Shown here: positions 29,016-38,494 of the stretch, in pieces | Position numbering within the stretch: the stretch's first letter is position 1 | How the letters are laid out: each line of letters starts with the position of its first letter | Source: an uncultured Planctomycetaceae bacterium | GTDB lineage: Bacteria; Planctomycetota; Phycisphaerae; UBA1845; UTPLA1 | Direction: 5' to 3' | DNA length: 64,000 bases | NCBI GenBank assembly: GCA_964599535.1 | Contig: CAZRFP010000001.1 | Span: 3,558 to 67,557, forward strand | Program-made: the position numbers and the translations under genes | The notes under the pieces: model-generated | What the model was told of the DNA's origin: nothing | What the model saw: the letters and a program-made list of their open reading frames with translations, nothing else | Database searches by the model: none

Positions 29016-29054
29016 AAAAAAGCGAGGCCCCGGAAGAAAAATCCGGGGCCTCGC
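29016..29054 (-). terminator. rho-independent terminator of the giant exoprotein gene
   Basis: A 13-bp perfect stem GCGAGGCCCCGGA/TCCGGGGCCTCGC lies at 29022-29054. On the minus strand it is followed by TTTTTT (29021-29016). Confidence 0.8.
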
Positions 29055-29120
29055 TGGATGAACTTAAGTTGGCCGAACCGACCGCATGGGTCGGAATTGC
29101 CGAGTTGGTGACCGCGCGTC

Positions 29121-32100
29121 TTATGGCGCCAGCAACGCCGCGACCATGCCGTCCACGTCGCCGACATCCATCACGCCGTTGTCGTTGAAGTCACCGGGGC
29201 ACAGATCGGCCGTATCGACCGACTGATCCATGATGGCGTTGACGAAGAGCTGCAAGTCGGCGCCGTCCACGTCGCCGCTGCCATCCATGTCGCCGGTTGC
29301 CGGCGTTTCCGGATTGCCGCAGCCGCAGTTGCCGGGCGACGTCTTCTCCGGATCGTTCGGGCAGTCGTCTTCGCAATCGGGCGTGCCGTCTTGGTCGGAG
29401 TCGATGGGCGTGTTGATGCACTCGCCTGCATCGCAGACATCCTCGGTGCATGGGTCGTCGTCGTCGCATTCAATGTCATCGACGCAGCCTTCGCAATCAT
29501 CGGGGATGCCGTTGTGGTTGGCATCGTTCTGCGTGCCCGCGCCGAATTCGCAGCCGTCTGAAACGCCGTTTTCGTTGCAATCCGGCAGGTCCTGGCAGGC
29601 ATCGAGTATGCCGTCAGGCCGCGCCGGCGCGTTGCCCGTGTCGTTCAGGAAGGCTTCCAGATCGGCGAAATCCTGCGCGGTGAAGCCGGGGAAGGCGCCG
29701 CCGGGATGGTTGGTCGGCGGCAGGAGCTTGTTCGAGATGGTGGTTCTCGACTTGTTCCTCAGGCTCGGTCCGGGGCAGGGTCCGCCGGGTCCGCCGCAGT
29801 CAACGCCGAAAGCGCCGGGGCCGTGGCAGCCGAAGCAGAACGTGCTGATGAGAATGCCGCCGTCCGAAGGCGCGCCGGTCGGACCGCCGTCGCAGTCGCC
29901 GCCGCCGGCAGCGATGTCGCACTCGTCGGGAATGCCGTTGTTGTTGCAGTCCTGACTGGTGCCGTTGGCGATGTCGATGGCATCGGTGATGCCGTTCTCG
30001 TTGCAGTCGCACGGGTCGATCGGTTCGCCCTGTGTCGAGATGATCAGGCCCCAACTGACGAGCGAACCTGTATCACCCGAAGCGCGGTCGATCACACGCA
30101 GGTTCCAAGTGCCCTGTGCGTTCATGCCGTTGAATGCGCTGAGTGGGTTATTCGGCGTGTAGCTCGGCGGCGATGTCAGGTTTGTCGTGCAGCGGTCCTC
30201 AATGGTGCCGCCGACGCCCTGATCGTCGATGATCACGTTTACCAGGTTGTCCGCCGCGCAGCCATATGGCGATCCGGAATGGCACGTGCCGGCCTCGCCC
30301 ATGCGCTGAATCATGGCGACGGTTGTTCCGTTGTGCTCGATCTCAATGCACAGGTCGCCGACCCATGTGTGTGTGATGTTCAGCAGCACGTTGACATCCG
30401 TCACGAGGTAGGACGTGGGCACGGTGATGGTGCGCACGACGCCGGTCGCGTTGTTGTCCGGAATCGCGGCGGGGTAGCCCGCGCCGGAACCGTTGTATTC
30501 GTTGACAGCCGAGGAGGGTTCGCAATCGTCTGGAATGCCGTTGTTGTTGCAGTCGAAGCTGTTGCCGACGTCGATATCTTCGCCGTCATCAACGCCGTTG
30601 TTATTGCAGTCGCCGTTGGCGAACTGGCAATTTGAATTGCAATATTCACCGGGGGGATCGCACTGCTCGCCGGCCTCGACGATGTCGTTGCCGCATTCGC
30701 CGCAGGGGAACGCCGAGTTGGAGACGAGCAGATTGCCCGTGCCGAAGTTGCCGGAGTTCCAACCGCCGACGCGAATAAGATATCGCTGCCAGGCGACCAC
30801 CGGCGTGATGATCGTACTCTTGAATCCGCCGCCGCTCGCGCCGCAAGCGTTGTTCGGATCATCGTCGTTGCAGGCGACGAAGATGCGCGACGTGCAGCTC
30901 TCGCCGTCCCACGTGTAGAGCACAAGATCGGTGTCGTAGCTCGCGCTGCCGCCGAGCTGATCGCAGGTCGTGACCGTGAGCGTGCCGTTGCAGGGCGAGA
31001 GATAGTCATACCAGATGTCATTGAACGTCTGGCCGCCGTCGCCGGCCGTGACGCACTGGGCGTGTGGCTCGCCGTCGGTCGTCGCGCCGATCGTGCTGAA
31101 CGGATGGAGTCCGTCAGTGATCGGGAAGGCATCATCGCAGTTGTCATTCGTCTCGATCATGCAGTTGAAGCAGCCGTCGCCGGGGATGTCGTTGCCGTCG
31201 TCGCACTGCTCGCCGGGATCGAGTTCGCCGTTGCCGCACAGGCTGGGCGGCGCGGCACAGACGATCTTGTAGATCGAGCCGAGGATACTGACGACATACA
31301 TCTCGCCTGCGGCGTCTTCACCGAACGACACGATGCCTTGGATCGCGCCGCCGGCCGCCTGCTCTGTCTGCAAGTCCGTCACGCTGCCGTTGTAGCGGAA
31401 GCGCTTGATGTAGTTGCCCAGATAGTCGGCGTAGAAATACGAGCCGCTCAGCCAGGGCATTTCGCAGCCGCGATAGACATGGCCGCCGGTGATCGAGCCG
31501 GTGCCCTGTCCATCGCCGTGAGACTCTTCGCGAATCGGCAGGACCAGGCCGACGTTGCACGTGCAGCCCGAGAGACCGGTGCAGAGTGTGCCTTCCATGC
31601 AGCGCCAGCCGTAGTTTAATCCGCCCGGCGAACCGGCCGCGGTGAAGTTGATCTCCTCGCGGGCATCCTGTCCGACATCTGCGATCCAGAGATCACCCGT
31701 GAGCCGGTCGAAGCTGAATCGCCAGGGATTTCGCAGACCCTTGGCCCAGACTTCCGGCAGATGCGGTGAGCCGGGATTGTCGGCCGGCACATAGGTCGGC
31801 GGGTTATCGACATCGAGGCGGAGCATCTTGCCGAGCAGAGAGGCGTTGCTCTGCGCGCGGCCGAACGGATCGTTTGCGTTTCCGCCGTCGCCCATGCCGA
31901 CATAGAGCTTGCCATCGGGACCGAACTGGATGCATCCGCCGTTGTGGTTCGCGAAGTCTTGTGTGATGGTCTTCAGAATGGTGGCCGAACCGGCGTTCGC
32001 GGTGTTCGACGCGGGGTTGCCGCCCGTTGCCTGATAGCGCGCGACAACGGTGTTGCCCGACGTGTTCGTGTAATTTACGTAGAAGTAAGCGTTGTTCTGC

Positions 32101-34274
32101 CAATTCGGATGGAACGCAAGGCCGAGCAGTCCGCGCTCGCCGCTTGAGCTGACGATCGAACTCAGGTTCAAATACGGCGTGGCCTCGACCGTGTAAGACG
32201 GCAGATTCACGATCTTGATGCGGCCGGTCTGTTCGACGACGAACAGGCGCGACGTATCGCCCGGCGCGGCATAGACCCCGACCGGCACGCTGAGTCCGGT
32301 GATGACTTCTGAAAATGCAAGATTGCAGGGCTCAAACGACTGGCACTCGTCGGGAACGCCGTCATTGTTGCAGTCCTGACTGGTGCCGTTGGCAATGTCG
32401 TCCGAGTCTTCCACGCCGTTGGGCTGGCAGTCCTGTGGACCGATGGCCGGTCCGACCGTCGCGGCCGTGACGCTTGCGGGCGATCCGGTTCGGAAGAGCG
32501 TGAGCGTCGCGTTGGACGATGTTGGTGCCTGATCGCAGTCGAAGCGGAAGTTGTAGAGCGTTCCCCAGAGCAGGGCGTTCGAGTTTGCACCGATGTCGGT
32601 CATGGTCCAGCTTACGACGCCGCCGGCCGCGCTGCCGGTCCAGTCAGTGCCGTCGCGTGTGACGGCGCCCTCGCCGTCGTTGTCGTAGTAGTTCACATCG
32701 CGGAAGCCGATGTTGGAAACCGTCGCCGCCGGATCGACCGGAATGCTGAAGACCTTTACGCCGCGATGCGAATTCAAGTTCTGCACGGCGTATTCATAAT
32801 GGAAGAGTCCGCCGCCGATGTTGGTGGCTTTGGCGGAAACGATGATGAGTCCGTCGTTGGGCACCTGTACGTCGGTTTCGGTGACGCTGGGATCCTGATG
32901 TTTCCAGGCGCGGATGGCGCAATCGGAGCGCATCGTGGTTCCGGCGAGCGAGAAGGTGCGATTACCGCCGGCGCTACCGCCGACCGTGATCTGGCGATAG
33001 GAGGCGTTGTTGTTGTCGTTTCCTGCTTCGGCGTCGTCCTTGGCGATGTACTGCGACTCGACGAAGTACAGGGCGCCGGGTTCATTCAGATCGGCCTCGC
33101 GAATGCGCAGGCGTCGACCGGTGTTGGACGAGTAGCCGCCGGGATTGCTGATGGGATGGATGTGAACGCCGGTGGAGGGATTGACCTGCCACTTCGGCCC
33201 GGCGCCCGACTGTCCGCCGTTTCGCGTTGCGGCATAGGGATCGGCGCAGCCGACGCCCAGCGCGCTGCCGCCACTGCCGCTCTGACAGGTGCAGCAGAGA
33301 TTATTCTGGAGAGCGAAAAAGCCGTGCTTCAGCCATGACTGGCCGAGTTGCTCAAAGCGCGTGGCGCCGTCCGATGCGGTGTAGTAACGATAGAAGTTCT
33401 GGCCGATGACCGGGTGCAGACCAATGCCTCCCGAGTCGCCGGAAATCCACTGGAGCGTTTGCGTGCCGATGTTGCAGGAGTAGGTGCCGACTGAAAAGGC
33501 GTCATATAAAACGCCACCCACTGATTCCGATGCGTAATTCGCTATCTCGTGCATTTCACCGACGATCACGTCCGGGCCGGTGTTGCCCTGGCACGACCAG
33601 TCGCGCGGTGCGCCGTCGCCGTCGTCTTGGCCGGTCGAGGGGATCAGAACGTCGCCCATTTCGACCAGTGCGTCGCCGCCGGTCCAAGTGGCCGGCGCGA
33701 CGACTTCGAGCGCGCCGATGGACAATCCGGCGAGCTTGGGGCTTCCCATGGCGTCGGCCAGTTCTTCGCTGATCGCAAGGTGCGCCGCTTCGAGAAGGAA
33801 GCGGCTCGACGCATGATCCATGCCGATCTTTGCATCGGCCACATGCAGCATCGGGCCTTTGAGTGCGCTGCTGCCGCTGTAGATGTCGAACGATACGCCG
33901 TCTTCCGTGTCGATCGGCACGATCTTGAAACCACGCAGCACGATCGTCGCCTCGCCGTGGCGAATGATGATGTCGTCGCCATGGCGCAGATCGCCGATCG
34001 GTCGGCTGGTGAGCATTCCGCCGACTTCGGTAAGGCTCATCGACGCGCCGTCGTTGACGTGAAGCGCGACGACGTTCTGATCGAAGGCGGGATCGACGCG
34101 GAGCAGGTCCGCGTCGCCCTGCTGGATTTCGATGCCATACTGGTCGAGCGTCGGTCGATCGAGCAGCAGGCGCGTTTCACCACCGACAACAGCCCAGACC
34201 GAATCGGCCCGGGCCAAGCTGGGACACAAACAACAACAAAGTGCGAGCGCAGCGAGTGTGTACCTCTGGATCAT
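29121..34274 (-). CDS. giant secreted mosaic protein. Domains: PQQ-type (soluble glucose/sorbosone dehydrogenase-like) beta-propeller, Cys-rich repeat, proprotein-convertase P-domain, CXXCH module, TSP3-like repeats, dockerin-like C-terminus
   Basis: The start MIQRYTLAALALCCCLCPSLARA (signal peptide) has GGAGAAGG upstream. Propeller motifs are GLLGLAFHPNW, NHNGGCIQFGPDGKLYVGMGDGG, GLRNPWRFSFD and GLNYGW. The P-domain is THTWVGDL..GTWNLRV.D. The haem motif CFGCH lies at 29823-29837. DSDQDGTPDCEDDCPNDP is TSP3-like. GDMDGSGDVDGADL and GDFNDNGVMDVGDV are dockerin-like. Confidence 0.9.
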   Translation of the reverse strand: MIQRYTLAALALCCCLCPSLARADSVWAVVGGETRLLLDRPTLDQYGIEIQQGDADLLRVDPAFDQNVVALHVNDGASMSLTEVGGMLTSRPIGDLRHGDDIIIRHGEATIVLRGFKIVPIDTEDGVSFDIYSGSSALKGPMLHVADAKIGMDHASSRFLLEAAHLAISEELADAMGSPKLAGLSIGALEVVAPATWTGGDALVEMGDVLIPSTGQDDGDGAPRDWSCQGNTGPDVIVGEMHEIANYASESVGGVLYDAFSVGTYSCNIGTQTLQWISGDSGGIGLHPVIGQNFYRYYTASDGATRFEQLGQSWLKHGFFALQNNLCCTCQSGSGGSALGVGCADPYAATRNGGQSGAGPKWQVNPSTGVHIHPISNPGGYSSNTGRRLRIREADLNEPGALYFVESQYIAKDDAEAGNDNNNASYRQITVGGSAGGNRTFSLAGTTMRSDCAIRAWKHQDPSVTETDVQVPNDGLIIVSAKATNIGGGLFHYEYAVQNLNSHRGVKVFSIPVDPAATVSNIGFRDVNYYDNDGEGAVTRDGTDWTGSAAGGVVSWTMTDIGANSNALLWGTLYNFRFDCDQAPTSSNATLTLFRTGSPASVTAATVGPAIGPQDCQPNGVEDSDDIANGTSQDCNNDGVPDECQSFEPCNLAFSEVITGLSVPVGVYAAPGDTSRLFVVEQTGRIKIVNLPSYTVEATPYLNLSSIVSSSGERGLLGLAFHPNWQNNAYFYVNYTNTSGNTVVARYQATGGNPASNTANAGSATILKTITQDFANHNGGCIQFGPDGKLYVGMGDGGNANDPFGRAQSNASLLGKMLRLDVDNPPTYVPADNPGSPHLPEVWAKGLRNPWRFSFDRLTGDLWIADVGQDAREEINFTAAGSPGGLNYGWRCMEGTLCTGLSGCTCNVGLVLPIREESHGDGQGTGSITGGHVYRGCEMPWLSGSYFYADYLGNYIKRFRYNGSVTDLQTEQAAGGAIQGIVSFGEDAAGEMYVVSILGSIYKIVCAAPPSLCGNGELDPGEQCDDGNDIPGDGCFNCMIETNDNCDDAFPITDGLHPFSTIGATTDGEPHAQCVTAGDGGQTFNDIWYDYLSPCNGTLTVTTCDQLGGSASYDTDLVLYTWDGESCTSRIFVACNDDDPNNACGASGGGFKSTIITPVVAWQRYLIRVGGWNSGNFGTGNLLVSNSAFPCGECGNDIVEAGEQCDPPGEYCNSNCQFANGDCNNNGVDDGEDIDVGNSFDCNNNGIPDDCEPSSAVNEYNGSGAGYPAAIPDNNATGVVRTITVPTSYLVTDVNVLLNITHTWVGDLCIEIEHNGTTVAMIQRMGEAGTCHSGSPYGCAADNLVNVIIDDQGVGGTIEDRCTTNLTSPPSYTPNNPLSAFNGMNAQGTWNLRVIDRASGDTGSLVSWGLIISTQGEPIDPCDCNENGITDAIDIANGTSQDCNNNGIPDECDIAAGGGDCDGGPTGAPSDGGILISTFCFGCHGPGAFGVDCGGPGGPCPGPSLRNKSRTTISNKLLPPTNHPGGAFPGFTAQDFADLEAFLNDTGNAPARPDGILDACQDLPDCNENGVSDGCEFGAGTQNDANHNGIPDDCEGCVDDIECDDDDPCTEDVCDAGECINTPIDSDQDGTPDCEDDCPNDPEKTSPGNCGCGNPETPATGDMDGSGDVDGADLQLFVNAIMDQSVDTADLCPGDFNDNGVMDVGDVDGMVAALLAP

Positions 34275-34788
34275 TCCTACCTTCTCCCTTTTTAAGATTG
34301 CGAAAACCACTCCCTGTGCGGAGTGCGAAAACTCTGCATCGCGGCATAAGCAGCGAATCAAGCGCGGGTTGGAACTCGGTATCAGACGTCCCGTGTGGAT
34401 CGGTCGGACGGACGGGCGAGTGGAGAAAACATGTCGGAAACGTCCGCGTGGGGACGAACTCGCCCCGACTGCCTCTGGGACCTTTGCGGTACCGAGGTTC
34501 GGAAGGACCTACTCCTACCTACCCCTTATTGATATCTACTATTACCGGATCAGCAGGGGTGAATCAAGCAAACGCATCGGTGAAAAGTCCGTGAATCTTC
34601 GGCATGATGCTTGAGGGGCGAAAAAACGTGGACCTGCGCAAAAATTCCCATCACCCGACTTTCAGTAGATCGCGTGTTAACGCTACCAGGCTCGATGCCG
34701 GATTCCGGATTCACGCGCCGTTACGCACGATGTGCGCCTGCGTGTTCGCGCTACAATTGGCTCGCATATTTAGGAATCGGACGGCGCC

Positions 34789-35286
34789 GTGACATCAGGC
34801 GGCTCCGCTTATCGAAGACTGAGAGGCATGCTGACGCCGCTGGAGGACATTCCAAACCTGATCGAAACGCTCGCGCGCGATCCACGCGCGGGCGGCGAGA
34901 CGTGGACGCTCGCGCAGATCGCGGACCATCTGGCGCGGACGATTGAATGGCAGCTTGGCATGTCGCCGCCGGGAGGTCTGCCCGCGAGGCTGCCGCCGAT
35001 GTGGCTTCGTCGCGTGTATCGCGCGATCTTCCTTCGCGCGGGCCGGCTGCCTCGGAATGTGCCGACGATCGAATCGCTCGTTCCACCGCCGAACGTGATG
35101 CCGGCCGACGCGATCGCGCGGCTTCGCAGGTCGATCAAACTGCTCGGCGCGGCGTCGGAGCCGTTTCCGGCGCATCCATTCTTTGGTGTCATGACGAAGG
35201 CACGCTGGATTCGCTTTCATGAGGTACACGCGGCACATCATCTGCGAAGCGCGAAAGAAGCCGGGAAGGTGCAGCACGGGGCGTAG
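34789..35286 (+). CDS. DinB-superfamily protein (DUF1569-like)
   Basis: The segments WTLAQIADHLARTIEW and HPFFGVMTKARWIRFHEVHAAHHL are typical of the family. GTG start; the alternative is ATG 34828. Confidence 0.65.
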   Translation: MTSGGSAYRRLRGMLTPLEDIPNLIETLARDPRAGGETWTLAQIADHLARTIEWQLGMSPPGGLPARLPPMWLRRVYRAIFLRAGRLPRNVPTIESLVPPPNVMPADAIARLRRSIKLLGAASEPFPAHPFFGVMTKARWIRFHEVHAAHHLRSAKEAGKVQHGA

Positions 35287-35337
35287 AAAAAGGCCGTGCA
35301 GCTCGATGAAGGCCGAGAGTATGGGCTCCTTCGAATC

Positions 35338-36222
35338 CTACGCGCCACGCGCGTGACTCTGCGATCTGCATTCGTCGGCGATTCTGATCATCTCCGCGAT
35401 GGATCCCCCAACGCGCACGGCCGGAAGCGCGGGGAGTTCGAGTTCGGCGAGCGCCTTTCCGCCGACGGCCAGTGTCGTGTCATGTTTGTTGCACCACTCC
35501 GCGAGGTTCTCGATTCCGGACCGAAGCTCGTCCGCGTTTCGCACGGAACTGATGCTGATCCAGATCAATCGAGGGGCGTGGCGCTCGGCTGCGCATTGAA
35601 TGGCGTCAAACGGCGTGTCGGGACCAAGGTTGACGGCATGCCAGCCATCGGCGGCCAATGCAACCGACGCGAGAAGCGACGGCAGGTGATAGGGATCGCC
35701 GGGGCAACCACCTCCCACGGCGACATGGTCGGCGCCCTTCGGCTCGACCAGCAGGCGCAATTGTTCGACAGCTTGTATGCAGATGTCGGTTGCGCGATGT
35801 TCGATGTAGATTCCTCCGCGATCGTGCTGCCACAGTTCGCCAAGCCGGCTCATGGCCGAACGAATCGGCCCGTCGGCGATGTCCGCCACCGTCCATCCGC
35901 TGAAATAGAGCGAGAGCAGCAGCCCGCGCGCTTCGCGCGCGTTGCCGTCTCGAAGCCAGGCGAAAAGTGAATCAGCGGGCGAATCTGCCGAAACGACTGA
36001 CTCGGGTGGGGTCGGAATCTCCGACAACCCGAGAATGTCGGGCCGCAAAAGCGGAGCTTTTATATCTCGAATGAACCGGATGGCCTCTCCGATGGTGATC
36101 CGCCTGTGGCCCCCGGCGGTTCGCGATACATGCACTAAGCCCTCGTCGGCCCAGCGCTTAAGTGATGATTCACTGACGCCGATGGCTGTTGCAAGCTCTC
36201 GGGGCGATATGATGGGCTTCAT
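35338..36222 (-). CDS. HTH (MerR/excisionase-type) transcriptional regulator with a C-terminal cobalamin-binding-like domain (CarH/LitR-like architecture)
   Basis: The N-terminus ISPRELATAIGVSESSLKRWADEGL is the HTH. The C-terminus GGGCPGDPYHLPSLLASVALAADGWHAVNLGPDTP resembles a B12-binding Rossmann domain. ATG 36222 is preferred; the alternative is TTG 36237. Confidence 0.7.
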   Translation of the reverse strand: MKPIISPRELATAIGVSESSLKRWADEGLVHVSRTAGGHRRITIGEAIRFIRDIKAPLLRPDILGLSEIPTPPESVVSADSPADSLFAWLRDGNAREARGLLLSLYFSGWTVADIADGPIRSAMSRLGELWQHDRGGIYIEHRATDICIQAVEQLRLLVEPKGADHVAVGGGCPGDPYHLPSLLASVALAADGWHAVNLGPDTPFDAIQCAAERHAPRLIWISISSVRNADELRSGIENLAEWCNKHDTTLAVGGKALAELELPALPAVRVGGSIAEMIRIADECRSQSHARGA

Positions 36223-36249
36223 GCTTCCTGCTTCCAATCGTTTTGAACA

Positions 36250-36306
36250 ATTATATCGAATTTCCGTTCAAGTCAATCTTGACTCTTGAGAATCGGGGCT
36301 TATGAT
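36250..36306. promoter_or_regulatory. divergent sigma-70-like promoters sharing a palindromic -35 region
   Basis: Plus strand: TTGACT (36279-84), 16-nt spacer, TATGAT (36301-06), directed toward folE. Minus strand: TTGACT (reverse complement of 36271-76), 15-nt spacer, TATAAT (reverse complement of 36250-55), directed toward the regulator. AGTCAAtcTTGACT is a perfect palindrome. The patch is AT-rich in a GC-rich genome. Confidence 0.5.
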
Positions 36307-36380
36307 GAACGATATGGACGATTTAAGTGATTAGTCGTTCGATTTCAAATGGGCGTGTCATGCTCGCCAAGGAGAATAAG

Positions 36381-37067
36381 GTGTCTGAGATACCCATCCC
36401 CTCAATGATCGATTCGCACCGGCTCAGCGGCTTGAGACTTCATTCGGAAGATGCCCATCGCCATGACAGCGAGTCCGTTACTTTGCCGGCAGGGAGAGCC
36501 ATTGACCTCGCACGAATCGAACGGGCGGTCCGCGAGATTCTTTTCGCGGTCGGCGAGGACCCGCAGCGTGAGGGATTGCGGGAGACGCCTCGGCGCGTCG
36601 CCCGTGCGTATCGCGACCTGTTCGACGGACTTACGGACGATGCCGGGCGGCACCTCCGGCGCACCTTTGAGCACGAATCCGACCAGGTGGTTGTTGTCGG
36701 CGGCATCGACTTCAGCAGCATGTGCGAACACCACTTGCTGCCTTTTTTCGGCAAGGCGCATATCGCCTATCTGCCCGGTCATGGTCGCGTCGTCGGGTTA
36801 TCGAAACTGGCGCGTACGGTCGATGTCTTCGCTCGTCGTCCGCAGTTGCAGGAGCGTCTCTCCGAGCAGATTGCCGAGGCACTCGATGCGCACCTGTCGC
36901 CGCGCGGCGTTTGCGTGGTGCTCGAGGCGGAGCATCTGTGCATGAAACTTCGCGGCTCGTGCAAGCCCGCCGCCATGACGACGACGCTCGCCGTTCGCGG
37001 TCTGTATCGCGCCGATGCGTCGGCTCGTGCCGAAGCCCTGTCACTCATGAGAATTCGGTCGCACTGA
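36381..37067 (+). CDS. folE: GTP cyclohydrolase I
   Basis: Motifs are [29 protein letters not shown] and [19 protein letters not shown]. The GTG at 36381 is preceded by AAGGAG 6 nt upstream. Alternative starts are 36327 and 36360. Confidence 0.9.
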   Translation: MSEIPIPSMIDSHRLSGLRLHSEDAHRHDSESVTLPAGRAIDLARIERAVREILFAVGEDPQREGLRETPRRVARAYRDLFDGLTDDAGRHLRRTFEHESDQVVVVGGIDFSSMCEHHLLPFFGKAHIAYLPGHGRVVGLSKLARTVDVFARRPQLQERLSEQIAEALDAHLSPRGVCVVLEAEHLCMKLRGSCKPAAMTTTLAVRGLYRADASARAEALSLMRIRSH

Positions 37068-37134
37068 AGCGCGCGAGCGTTCGCCGCGTGCGGCCTGAAT
37101 CTGATTCAATGATGAATCGAAAGGTGGATCACGT

Positions 37135-38028
37135 ATGAGAACACAAATTGGAATCACATCCCTGATGTTGGCGGTTTGTTGCGTTGCCGGGCTAGGCGTT
37201 CTGGCCATGGCCGACAATAACAAGAACGAACCGAAGGACATCGTGCAGACGGCCATTGCCGCCGGACAGTTCAAGACGCTCGTCAAGGCCGTGAAGGCGG
37301 CAGGACTGGTTGAGACGCTCAGCAGCAACGGCCCGTTTACGGTTTTTGCGCCGACGGATGAGGCGTTTGCCAAGCTGCCGGCGGGCGCGCTGGATGGCCT
37401 TTTGAAGAATCCGGAAGCGCTCCGCAGCGTACTGCTGTATCACGTGGTTCCAGGCAAGGTCATGGCGGCCGATGTTGTAAAGCTCAAGACGGCCAAGACG
37501 GCGCTGGGGCAATCCGTGAAGATCGACACGCAGAAGGGCGTGCGCGTGAACGAAGCGAACGTCGTCACGACGGATATCGCCACTTCGAACGGCGTCATTC
37601 ATGTGATTGATTCGGTCATTCTACCGAAGAACGACATCATCGAGGCGGCGCGGTCTGCCGGTTCGTTCAAGACGCTGCTGACGGCCATCGAAGCGGCCGG
37701 ACTGACGGACACGCTTCGCGGCGACGGTCCGTTCACGGTATTCGCTCCGACGGACGATGCGTTTGCCAAGCTGCCCAAGGACGCGCTCGCGGCACTGCTG
37801 AAGGACAAGGAGAAACTCACTGCGGTCCTGACGTACCACGTCGTTTCCGGCAAGGTAATGGCCAAGGATGTGGTGAAACTGAAAGAAGCCAAGACGGTTC
37901 AGGGGCAGTCCGTGAAAATCGATGCGTCGAGCGGCGTGAAGGTGAATCAGTCGGCGGTGATCGCGACGGATGTACCCGCGACGAACGGCGTCATTCATGT
38001 CATTGATACAGTCTTAATGCCGATGTAA
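37135..38028 (+). CDS. secreted protein with two fasciclin (FAS1) domains
   Basis: Signal peptide present. The duplicated segment [16 protein letters not shown] ... [11 protein letters not shown] occurs twice. Confidence 0.9.
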   Translation: MRTQIGITSLMLAVCCVAGLGVLAMADNNKNEPKDIVQTAIAAGQFKTLVKAVKAAGLVETLSSNGPFTVFAPTDEAFAKLPAGALDGLLKNPEALRSVLLYHVVPGKVMAADVVKLKTAKTALGQSVKIDTQKGVRVNEANVVTTDIATSNGVIHVIDSVILPKNDIIEAARSAGSFKTLLTAIEAAGLTDTLRGDGPFTVFAPTDDAFAKLPKDALAALLKDKEKLTAVLTYHVVSGKVMAKDVVKLKEAKTVQGQSVKIDASSGVKVNQSAVIATDVPATNGVIHVIDTVLMPM

Positions 38029-38053
38029 TCGGTTGAATGGGACATATGCAGCA

Positions 38054-38072
38054 ACTTGCCATGCAGGCAAGT
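38054..38072 (+). other. intercistronic stem-loop between the fasciclin and DUF378 genes
   Basis: ACTTGCC-atgca-GGCAAGT, a 7-bp stem extendable by 2 bp, with no T-tract. AAGGAG lies 8 nt downstream, ahead of ATG 38092. Confidence 0.4.
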
Positions 38073-38091
38073 GCCATAAAGGAGAAACAAC

Positions 38092-38313
38092 ATGAAAGCG
38101 ATGAGTCTGATGGCTGTCGTGCTGCTCGTGGTCGGTGGCTTGAATTGGGGCCTGGTGGGCGTGGCTAACTTTGATCTGGTGGCGACGCTGTTCGGCGCCG
38201 GCTCGACCTTGTCAAAGATCGTTTACACGCTGGTGGGAGCGGCGGCTGTTTTTCAGGCGCTGACGCTGACATCGACGCTCAAGCAGCGTGAAGCTCACGC
38301 CATGACGGCCTGA
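38092..38313 (+). CDS. DUF378 family small membrane protein
   Basis: 73 aa with two TM helices and the hallmark GGLNWGLVG..FDLV. Confidence 0.85.
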   Translation: MKAMSLMAVVLLVVGGLNWGLVGVANFDLVATLFGAGSTLSKIVYTLVGAAAVFQALTLTSTLKQREAHAMTA

Positions 38314-38344
38314 GCAGTAACCCGGGTTTGAAAGCGATGAAAAG

Positions 38345-38380
38345 GGGCGCTCGATGGATCGATTCGAGCGCTCTTTTTCT
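38345..38380 (+). terminator. rho-independent terminator after the DUF378 gene
   Basis: Stem GCGCTCGA/TCGAGCGC (38347-38371) is followed by TTTTTCTT. Confidence 0.75.
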
Positions 38381-38494
38381 TGCGCAAGGTTTGCCTTAAA
38401 CGGAGTGACGACGCCTTGGCATCATCGAGCCGGTCTAGCATACACTGTTGTTTCGCAGGTGATGCCGGGAATCGCGCGGCGGTGCAGACTCGTA

